NCBI GenBank assembly: GCA_003427395.1
Contig: BFEA01000001.1
Span: 2,677,190-2,724,422, forward strand
Origin: Chara braunii
Lineage: Eukaryota > Plantae > Charophyceae
DNA length: 47,233 bases
Direction: 5' to 3'
The notes under the pieces were generated by a model. The model searched no databases. It worked only from the letters and a program-made list of their open reading frames with translations, and had not been told where the DNA came from. The position numbers and the translations under genes were made by a program. Below are positions 12,011 through 21,874 of this stretch, in pieces; the stretch's first letter is position 1; every line of letters begins with the position of its first letter.

Positions 12011-12588
12011 AACCNGCTGNCCCCGCTCAGTTGGTACACCCATGAACTGTTGAAAATACAGATTCGAGTCTGAAGTTCAACTGAGGCAAATAAACAGCAT
12101 GCTATGGTTCTGGGTTANNCGGGACCAGCCAGGGCCGTGGGGGTGTCCCAGTGCCACGCCCATGGGCCAGTCCTTCGGGACAACTGTTAAAATTGGAACG
12201 GTACAGAGAAGGTCGGCATAGCCCCTTGCGTTTGGTTCTGCAACCGGTTAAGGAACCAATNTGCCCAACTCAGTTGGTACTNCCTTCAAGTTGAACTGCA
12301 GACCTGAGTCGAACTGCACTAGTAGCAGATGAGTAAAGAACTGCAATGCTGAATTACCTAGGCTCAGTGCCAGTTCCAGGACTGCTGTTGGGGCCAATGA
12401 GCCTAGCTCATTTGGCACATCTCTGAATTGTTGAAATACAGACCTGAGTTCGAACTCTGCTAAAAGCAGATGAGCAAAAATGCTACGTCTTAAATTACCN
12501 AGGACCGGTCAACCCGGTACCAATATTTTGGGGCAGTGGCCCTGCATTAGTCCCCGGNACATCCGTTAAAATTGGAANGATATAAAAA
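12011..12588. repeat. Three degenerate ~110-bp units within the LTR, followed by a poly(A) tract
   Basis: Related units (ctcagttggtac...tacagacctgagt..gaact) at ~12011, ~12252 and ~12391; gttaaaattggaa at ~12186 and ~12565. Mirrored at ~35665-36240. Confidence 0.6.
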
Positions 12589-14504
12589 NAAAAAAAAAGT
12601 ATGCTCCGCTGTGTGTAATGCCCCGATCAGCCTCTGGGGAGGCATTAAAAAGGCGGGCGTACGGGCGTCGAGGCAGCTGATTGCTTCCCCTTCTCACTTC
12701 AGCCAGTGTGGGACCGTGCGCNNTCGGCCTNTGTAGCGCTCAAGGAAGGGGGGCGAAGGAGGTAAGCTGGGAGAAGAAGAGAACGAAGTCAGAGATGGCG
12801 GGCAGAGGAAGGAGTGAGGGAGAAAAAAGCAGATCTCACCCGTTTCTTAACGGAAACGGGCGAGTGAGGACTCGATTTTGAGTTTTTAGGGCACTGCGAT
12901 TAAGATGGTGAAGTTAGTTTGGGCGTTGGGATAGTAGGATAGGAGTTATAGCAGAAGAAGGTTCGCCAAGGTGTTGAGGAGAGGAGAAAAGATAAAAGGA
13001 AAAAATATCTTTAAGGCTCGTTGCTGAACGGAAACAAACAAGGGGAGGACTCAGTTTGGGGGTTTCAAGGGATGGCGAATCCGGCTGTGAGCTCGGATTT
13101 CGAGCTTAATGAGAAGATTTGGCGCTGCAAGCAATAAGAGCTGCGCCCAGCAGTGAAGGTCGTACTACGAGGATATGCAATGTATCTCCCCGCGGTTTAG
13201 GGGAAGATTCATTCTCATTTTAAGTATTTGGTGAGCAATGGAGTGGGGCGTTTTCCTCCTCAAATGCGCTGTTGTTCGCGGGTGTTTTCTCCTCATGGTG
13301 GTCAACTGGTGATCACAATNTGTTTGGTGTCCTCCACCTTCACTCGTGGTTCCTATGGCTGCCTCGTGATCTTNGCCTCCATTAGATCGTGGTACTCGCT
13401 TTTGTCCAAACTCGCCGCGGTCATCTTCATCGGGCTATCATCATCATCTCACTCATAATGCTGGTCTTTTGTTGCGTTCGTCACGACAATCATGCTCGCC
13501 ATTCCGGTCTGATTGCAGATGATCGTCGTGCCCTATGGTCGTAGCTATCGGCAGAATTCGCCCGTGAATGTGACCAGGTACCGACTACGGGAAGAATGTG
13601 GTGAAGGTAGGACAAAGGAAGGGGTAAGTACTTACCTATAGAATTGCGGTGCGGGTGAACTAAGGGTCGAGCTACAGGCAAAAACACGAGAGTGAAAGGG
13701 AAGCAGCGTATATTTTCATGTCTGGTGGAAAATTCCTTCCGAATTCTGCCAGTCTATCTGAAGGAGCAGCGGCGGAATAAGTGGGAGAAGTGGAGGTAGT
13801 AAGTGCGGGAACAGCGAGAGTGACAACAACCAGGCAGCCGCCGTGTGCAGTCCGACTTCGGCTGTTTATTTAGAGGAGAACAGTGTTGCAGCTCGTCGTG
13901 ACCGTCAATCTGCTCGATCTGCGGAGGAGGGAAGCAGCGAAGAGCTCGTAGGAGCCTTGTTGGGAGGAGGGAGTTTGCATCCCCCTCAAATTCATCGCTT
14001 GACCATCATTGCCGCTCCGCGGACGCAGATGGAGAAGAGGCAGCAGGACTAGCATCGGCCGGGGCACAATGTTTTCACCTGCACCGGCGGGAGTTCAAGA
14101 ATGGTGCTCCTCCGTTCTGGACGATTCCTGCTGCTGCTTGTGGCGGGAGCTGGGGTTGTGCTTTCTTGGAATCTTCGACGGGAGGTGACAGCGAGAACCA
14201 GGACGGGGAGAGAGAGAGAGAGGAGGAACGGGCACCTACCTTGAAGAGATGGTGGTGAGGGATGAATCGAAAGACGGTATCAAACTGCACAGCAACGTAT
14301 ATTTTTCTATCCTAGTGAAAGATACGCTCTCTTACTCTATTGATAAGCGATGAAGGAGAGCTCATCGCCTTGTTTATCACTCCCTCCAGGATGCGAGGCG
14401 CTGTTCCTCCCCTTGCTCCTAGCCTCGGTCGTCCTTGTAGGTATAGTGCCCAATTACCTGTAGCAAGGGCCTGCCTATCATCGCGACTACATAGTGCTCG
14501 TCGT

Positions 14505-14684
14505 NNNNNNNNNNNNNNNNNNNNNNNNNNNNNNNNNNNNNNNNNNNNNNNNNNNNNNNNNNNNNNNNNNNNNNNNNNNNNNNNNNNNNNNNNNNNNNNN
14601 NNNNNNNNNNNNNNNNNNNNNNNNNNNNNNNNNNNNNNNNNNNNNNNNNNNNNNNNNNNNNNNNNNNNNNNNNNNNNNNNNNNN
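14505..14684. other. Assembly gap (180 N)
   Basis: Run of N. Confidence 0.99.
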
Positions 14685-16555
14685 GCCTCTCGGTCGAGAT
14701 ACCAACCTCTGTGGCTTCAGATGAACCTGGCCGCATGAACGACCAGGTGCATCCATGAATTTAGCAGGAGAGAGAGGGGAGTAGGATGTTTACCTTGGGA
14801 AGCTTGNGCAGAAAGAGGANTCGGGAGTCAANCTAAGGTGCNAAACTGTGCACAGATCTGGATNGTGAGTTGGGGGTGCATCTAGCCGCGTTCTAGTGGA
14901 GGGGTCATCTNTTTTTTTGTATGTCGCAAGNAGGGAGTGCNGCGGGAAATTGNATACGTCAGTCTGGNANGACTCATCAGTGCTCCAGCTGTTGTTGAGG
15001 GGTTCGTGCTATCCATAGCCACGGGCCATATCTGCAGACTCCGGGTTCAGGGTCATATCCTTAAATGTTGTGTTGTTGCTGTGGGCTGATCTACTGTGCA
15101 AACGAGATGCTGCTGCAGCTGCTGTAATCTGGAGGTTCGGTGCGTTGTTGGTTGTTTGTTTCCCGGACCAGTGTTGCAGCGGTTACGGTTGACCCTCCGC
15201 TACTGCTCGGACGGAGTGCTGCTGCGTTTCTGAGACTCAACCATACTTCCAATTACTATGCAGCTGATGTATCTCACGTCAACTGCGTGTTTAAATGTTA
15301 CTAATCATTGACATTACGGAGCACCTTTACTGAGCGTTATCCTGCTCTGTTGACCGGGTCGTGTGCGCAGCTGGTTTTATTGCGCTTGTTGTGCATCATT
15401 GGGGAGTGTCATTTTACTAGCCTACTGTAAGGATTGTTGCTGTTCTCAAGTGGGCGGCTGTTACAACCGGTGTTTTGCTCAAGAGGAGGTCACTAGTGCA
15501 TCATGGAGGCCTGATGCGGGACTGCTGCTTTTAAAGACTGCTGCTGCTGTTGTGGGCCGCTCCCTTGATGAGTACTCGACAGCAGCTGCGCAGACAGGGT
15601 TGCGGCCGTGGTCCTAGTGAGGCCGTATTTCCTGCACTACCATCCTTGCCGCCAAACACCATTGCGGAGGCTTGGCGGCAGCGGACTGTTGTGTAACAGC
15701 TGACTTGCGAGAGGTGCTGCGCCGGCCGCTGTGTTTACTGTTGTGCGCGACTGCGGTGCTTGCGACGCTTGCCGAGCTTCCACGGTGTATGGAGGTGACC
15801 TTACTGCGCCTTTGCGGCGCTGCTGCGGTACGGTCTGGCTAAACACAATCTGCGCATGGTCGTGAACTTGGAAGAGTGAGACAACGCAGCGTAGGGCTAT
15901 TGTCGTGACTTGGAGGCCAGTCTCTGCATTCAGGCCAAGGCTCGGCTACTTCTGCTGCGCTTCGTTGACCATCATTAGAAGCCGTTGGGGGACTATTACT
16001 TTGAATTTGGTCACGATCGGACCATCACGACTGCGTTATTTTGGCCAGCATTGCGGGGCCCTCAGGAGATTGAAGATTACAAGGCCCTCTCCCGCGAGTC
16101 TGAGAGCACCCCTCTTGTATCTCAGAGTCTAAACATTTCTCCTTCTATTTTTCTTACTCTAAGTCTCGTCTATTGGTGACGAGAGGAAGGCGGCAGGCGG
16201 GATTGAAACCCGTAATCCGCGCCAAGGCCTCAGTGGGAGGTTCACCCCATCGATTGCGGGAGCTCTGCCGGAGCCCACGCGGGGTTCTGGAGGCAGGGAA
16301 CACTCAGGTATAACTTTCGTCTGACGCGTGTGATCCTTTCCCCTAAACTATTATTCCTTTGGGCTATCTGAGAACATAACTATGTGAGGTTATTACTTCT
16401 TAACTTTGTTATGTATGTTAGGACATGCTCTGCGAAAGGTTAAATAAACACTTATATGTGTGAAAAGTCAGATACTTTGAGCAAATTCAGACATAATGAA
16501 TTGGGGGAAGGCGGAAGGAAGATGTTATGCATGCGTTTGACTGGGTCGACCCAAG

Positions 16556-17805
16556 GCTGAGCCCCTCCGGGTGGATGTGGGCTCAGTGTTGTGTTTTATT
16601 AAGGTTTCCTGATCTGAATGAGTGGCTCTTATGGCTGGTCTACCCGGGTGGGATATGAGTCGCTGTTTTATTTGAGGGTTTTTGAACAGGAGGATGGGCA
16701 CCCCGGGTGGGGAAGGCTAAGAATCCTTGTGTTTATTTTAATGAGTTCTGGTGCGTGTTTTCTTCTGAGGGAGTAACGACATAAGACTAAGCGTACCCTA
16801 GGGTTAGGACGGCTTAGCCATGAGCCATGAGCTAAATGGTCAACCAGAGTATAAAACTTGATATATATACAATTTGAACTTTTACTTCTGATATACCGGG
16901 CGCCCCGGGTGGGGAAAGCCAGTCAGTAACTCAGGTAGAACTAAGAAAGAGGGAAAGAGATGAAGAGTAAAAAAAAGGTAACTGGCAGACTGAACGTACC
17001 CTAGGGTTAGGGCGGTTCAGTTATATGCTCATGATAACACTAAGGAGCAGAGAGTTAGTATAAATTTGATTTTATTTTCCCTTCTAAACATGAGGCAGGA
17101 TCGGAAGTTCCATTTATTGGAAAGGTCCGATCGACTGCTTAATAAGAGAAGGAAAAACATAAAGTCTTTGAAAGTATTTGTACCCTATTTTCTGTTGTAC
17201 GGCTAACTAGGCGTACCCTAGGGTTAGGGCGGCCTAGCGATAAGCTTTTGTCGTTTAAAGTAAGTTAGACGTACCCTAGGGTTAGGGCGGTCCAGCGTTT
17301 CGGTGTTTATAACTGTTCAGGCAGATCAGACACACCCTAGGGTTAGGGCAACCTGATCACATTGCCTTGTGTAACTTAAACTGTTGTGGCTAGTTAGGCG
17401 TACCCTAGGGTTAGGGCGGCCTAGTGATATGCGTTTGTCGTTAATGTGTTGTGGGTTGGACGTACCCTAGGGCTAGGGCGGTCCAGCTTGTTGTTGTTTG
17501 TACCCGTGTTCAGGCAAGCTAGACCTACCCCTGGGTAGGGATGGTCTAGAATGATGTCGTATGTAACTTTGTTTAAAGCGGATTGGGCACACCCTAGGGT
17601 TAGGGCAACCCGGTTCTATGCTATTTGTGGTCAGTTATGCAGAAGTCAGACGTACCCTAGGGTTAAGGCGGTCTGGTCATATGCCTTATGTGTACAGTTC
17701 ATGTTATGTTGGGAATACCCTAGGGTTAGGGCAGTAAAATATCCGTACTTTACTTGTGTACCTAGGCAGGTCAGGCATACCCTAGGGTTAGGGCCTTGTC
17801 TGACC
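16556..17805 (+). repeat. Array of 16 GGGT-loop stem-loops (core GTACCCTA-GGGT-TAGGGCG) with variable but self-complementary arms
   Basis: Loops start at 16569, 16646, 16705, 16801, 16907, 17004, 17221, 17279, 17340, 17408, 17470 (GGGC), 17533, 17597, 17660, 17723 and 17785. Confidence 0.9.
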
Positions 17806-20784
17806 ATATGCCATAGGAAAGGGGGATGTAAAAGGGAAGGAACTAAGCGATTTAACGAACTACTTGGACTAAATTAATGTGGGATTGTGAGAGATGTTTT
17901 GGTTATGCATGCTTGTGGGCTCTCACTCTGGGGCATCTCTTTGATAGTTTAGTTGCTTTAGGTGCTCGCCGAGTGCTAGAGCTATAGGCAGGTAGGATGG
18001 ATGATGGGAGGAAAAGCTTGGGATAAGATAGGACTGGCTCTACTAGGAGTTAGGATCAGTGTCATCACACAGCCTCATCAAGAGGTCGTACAGATTATCG
18101 TTGATCCTACCTTCCAAGTAAGTGTCAGAAGTTAGTCCCAAGTATAGTTATGCCTTGTTTTTTAAGTTTCAGCCTTGTATAAATCTTGGCAACCTCCTTT
18201 TCCTACGGGAAGCGCTGCCGAAATTTCTATAAATTTGAAAAAGTTAGTTATTTTTGAACTCTTCGAAATTCTGGAAAGGCACTTTTCCTACGGAAAGCGC
18301 TGCCGAAATTTCACAAAATTTAGGGAGTTATTTTATTATTAGCTAAGAGAGACTTGACAAATCCACCCTGGATAGGGGAGATGCTGCCAAATTTTCTCAG
18401 TAAATTAGCGTTAGTGAGGGAAGCTGAAAGTGAGACTGATAGAGGAGCTAGGGTACGAATTGGGGAACTATCCTCTACTTGGGTTGAACATAGTAGTGGT
18501 TCTCTTTGACCTATACTGTGATGCAAGTTTTCACATCCGGTTGAAGACTCGAATTGTTCGGCCTGATTCTACGAAGGGATCACTTGTCTGTTATCACTGA
18601 TAACAGGTCGGTTGCTGATTCGTCGGTTTACAACTCAGCTTTCCTATTCTCTCCTGCCTCTCAACCTAAGGCCTTGGCCCTTGCCAGGTTTTGTGTGCTT
18701 CTTTGAGTTTTCACCCAGTTTCTTTATAAATGACCATTTCTTCAAGACTGAGTGTATTTGTTGAGGGGAAATGGTTGGGCTTGTGTGCGTAAGGCAGAGT
18801 GTGAGCTGCAGAACGCTGAAAAGTTGACTCCTTTAGTGCGTGTGATGTTGTTTGAATGTCGAATGTTTGCGNGTATGTATGAGAGAGACTCGATTCAATA
18901 TGTGATTGAGTAATTATGTTTTGAATTCAGATGGGCAAACCACACAACTGTCGTGAGAGTGTACTGCCCCACAACCTGTTGTTTGGGTGNGATTGTTNTT
19001 TTCCCAGCCGGATGATGTGATAATCAGAGTNAGNGTACGCTNGAGTAATCCTTATGGGGCTATGCGACCGCGCGCTTGCGTCCTTCTATTCTCTTTGACT
19101 TCGTGTGGTAGGGCATTTGTCCCAAGTCTGGAAACCAAGATCCTTGTCCGGGACGTCCCAGGCCCTAGACTAACATTGAAGGTATTTTCTTCCGATAGCG
19201 TTAAGAGGATTTATTTTTCATCCTTGTTGAGGTTATTTTGGTGGAACGATAAAGTTCCGAGCGGAAGGATTAGCGTGTCGCTGGTGATGCGCCAGACAAC
19301 TCACCACCGCTCCGAATTCCTTCCTGCCCTAGGGACCATCTTACCCCGCACCCCTTGGGGCACCTCAGGGTGCAGAAGATGGTAAGGCTCTCAGGCCGGT
19401 CTTGCGCTTGCTAAAGGTTTACCCCCCCTTAGCGGCACTTCAGCCGAGGCCTCAGCAGCGAGAGCAACCCCATGGCTCAAAAGAGGCCATTCGGGTATGG
19501 GCGTCACATAATGCGCCGACATCACGATTGCTTACGCAAACCCGCATCGTTGGTCGGTATGCGTAGGTTCTGCCTCCGCGCGGATTTATGCTAACCCATG
19601 CACGCAATACTTGCCTATTGCTGCGCTCGAAGGTTATGATACGAGCAAAGAGGGCAAAAGCGCGTCACGATGAGTAAACCCAAGTTTCGGCAGCGTGAAA
19701 CGACACAGGTAGCAGGGAATAAGCCTAGTCGGCCTAAGGGGACCCGTGTACTAGCCTCCAAAAGTCTCAAACATCGGGTTGCCCGTGGGTCTGAGTCTGG
19801 GCTTCATCCGCACGCATCTTTCGCGTTGGCCTACCCCTCGTTTTTGGAACTACTATCAGACTATCTGCAGTTGTTTCCTCCTTAAAGTCTTCGTGCTTGG
19901 ACGTTGTAGTCCGTGGCAGCCGTCAAAGTCAAACCCCTTGATGTTTGACCGCCACGACAGCTTAAAGCCGTCTACTCAACCCCTCTGCACAGGGTGCAGA
20001 AGAGGGTGTGGTCTTCAACCGCACATGGCGGTTGTCTGGCGTTGAGAGATTACCCCTCAAAGCGCCTGTCAGCCGACACTTGAGTGTCGAACGCGACCCT
20101 CGAAATTATCAAGGGCCGCGAGGCTACGAGTACCACATAGTACCCCATCAACGCAAATGCTTGCGAATGCCCGCATGGCTGGTGGATATGAGGAGGCCAT
20201 GCACGCGCATGACTCTTATACGAAAGTCCAGCGCGCGGTACCTACCTGATTCTCGCGGTATAAAGTTATGGGTTGGATACTGAAGGGACTAGGAGTGTTG
20301 TAATGTTGTGTTTGTTTTGTGTTTTTCCATGTGTTATGTATGGGTAGATGTGAGTGTTGTGGTGTAACGCATGGTGTGTGCGATGCGTCCTGGTCTACCG
20401 GCGCTGAGTCACGTTTGGGACCTCAGCCCCCCAGTACGTCAATTCGCGTGCGGGTTCGATTTCTTGGGCGTTCGACCGCGCGTAACCCCCTATGCTACAG
20501 CGAACGAGAAACGCCCTCGGCTGGGCCACCTCTGCAATTGCATACGAGAAGCTTTCGCATGTGGTTCAGTAGCTCGGCGAAGATTTGCCCACCTAAGGGA
20601 TGGTGACAACTCCCGCAGATGGAGGTAAGCGGTGCCTCGCGTGACCCTGTCCTGTTGTAGGGGCTCGCGAGAGGTACGGCTGGCGCACTCGGCCGGAGCG
20701 GCCAAAACGCTCTGCGACAAAGTCCTGCGAAATCCTGCGTGACGCGGCCGGGAGGGTCCCCATGCGGGACCGATGCGCTGAACA

Positions 20785-21233
20785 GGTGGCGCCGTTGCCG
20801 GGGATTTCGGCTGCCTAACGGGGTCCATAGTGAACGAACCCAGGTTAAGAGCAGGCTGATGATCCAGGCAAAACGACAATCTTTGATGGAAAGATTTTTC
20901 TCCCTTTGATTGACGATGATACGAGTATTGTGGCATTCTTGATGGCATGTCATATCTATTTTTGATTCTAAGTAAGGTTGAAAGTATGCATTGTGTATAT
21001 GTCCGTTTTTAGCAATATAATCAGAAAAGATAATATAGAGACCTGATAGGCTACTTTAAGTGAAATAAAGATAGTAGTAGAATAATGAAAGTAAGCGAGT
21101 GAGAGATTTGACGGCCGATTGTTTTTGTTAAAACTGTTCATTCCTTAACAGGTTTTTGAGAAAGCGTAAAGATGGGGGACGCTGATGGAATCGAGCGGGG
21201 CCCGGGTGCTACACCTGAGGACTTCATCAAGGC
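20785..21233 (+). mobile_element. Stub of a tandem copy C: PBS, 5' leader and first 20 gag codons (MGDADGIERGPGATPEDFIKA), truncated at an inversion junction
   Basis: Matches the reverse complement of 28420-28868. ATG at 21172 is preceded by acceptor-like ttccttaacag|G at 21151. Confidence 0.85.
20787..20805 (+). promoter_or_regulatory. Primer binding site complementary to the tRNA-Asp 3' end (Athila-type)
   Basis: TGGCGCCGTTGCCGGGGAT, 2 nt after the terminal CA. Confidence 0.93.
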
Positions 21234-21614
21234 TTGTCTGCAAACCGGTCATAAGCCCACAAGAACTCATCCAGGGTCGTTCCATCGAACCGGATTGGCA
21301 CTCCATCTCTCCCCACAGGCGATGGATGTATCCCTTCCATCTTCCTTTCGAACTCCTGCCAGGTCACTGACTCCCGTACATATCTGGCGATGGCCTCAGC
21401 CCACTCGCCCTCTCCTCGTACCTNTCTCAGCATCCTGGCTCCATCCCATCTGAACCTGTTGGCATGCTTCTCGAAGTGGACAAAAAACAACTCCACGTTC
21501 CCTCCTCTGAAAGATGGGTGGCCTGTCCTCTTTCCTGGTTCATCCCTGCATTCTCTATCTGGCTGCCCCCTGAGGGGGCTCCACTGGCCCTGCCCCTCCC
21601 TTCCCTCTTGGCAT
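21232..21614 (-). pseudogene. Truncated second Gag-like ORF of copy B
   Basis: Same protein as 6130-6511; 1-bp insertion after the ATG; cut at the junction. Confidence 0.75.
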
Positions 21615-21874
21615 GGCTTCGCCAAATGGTGTCAAGCCTGCACAACAAGGAAGAGACAAGTCAAAGCATACAGAGTGTAAGCAGGTTCGGCACACAGTAA
21701 GAGACAGACACATCCCCCCCCATCTAACCTAGACGCCTATACAGGCATACACATACATACCTACACATACATACGTACTATCATAACCCATCATATCATG
21801 GTAATGAACGTTCATACAATCTTTCTGTACTGATACCCCCATCAGAAAGACATACTTAACAAGAGAAAGAGACT

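Larger units (their letters stand above)
1..20784 (+). mobile_element. Ty3/Gypsy LTR retrotransposon copy A (Athila/Tat-like, non-chromoviral): internal region plus 3' LTR; 5' part lies outside the window
   Basis: Domain order gag(CCHC)-PR(DTG)-RT(YIDD)-RH-IN(HHCC, DDE, GPY) is the Gypsy order. It is followed by an extra ORF, a purine tract and a long repeat ending ...TGAACA directly before a PBS. Confidence 0.9.
10228..20784 (+). repeat. Giant LTR (~10.5 kb including a 180-N gap); alternative 5' end at TG 10492
   Basis: Bounded upstream by the PPT and downstream by ...CTGAACA-gg-PBS. 10492-20784 is repeated in inverted orientation at 28869-37766. No long ORF. Confidence 0.75.

Noticed and set aside
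16795-17795. Interstitial telomere or telomerase healing site
   Set aside because: TTAGGG never forms a tandem run; it occurs only as part of isolated hairpin cores.
17207-17800. CRISPR-like look (constant repeat with similar-length spacers)
   Set aside because: Spacers are related to each other and pair across the repeat; there are no cas genes; the context is a eukaryotic LTR.
10231-20953. Short ORFs in the LTR as protein-coding genes
   Set aside because: No recognisable domains; their presence in both copies is explained by recent common ancestry, and several differ by indels or stops.
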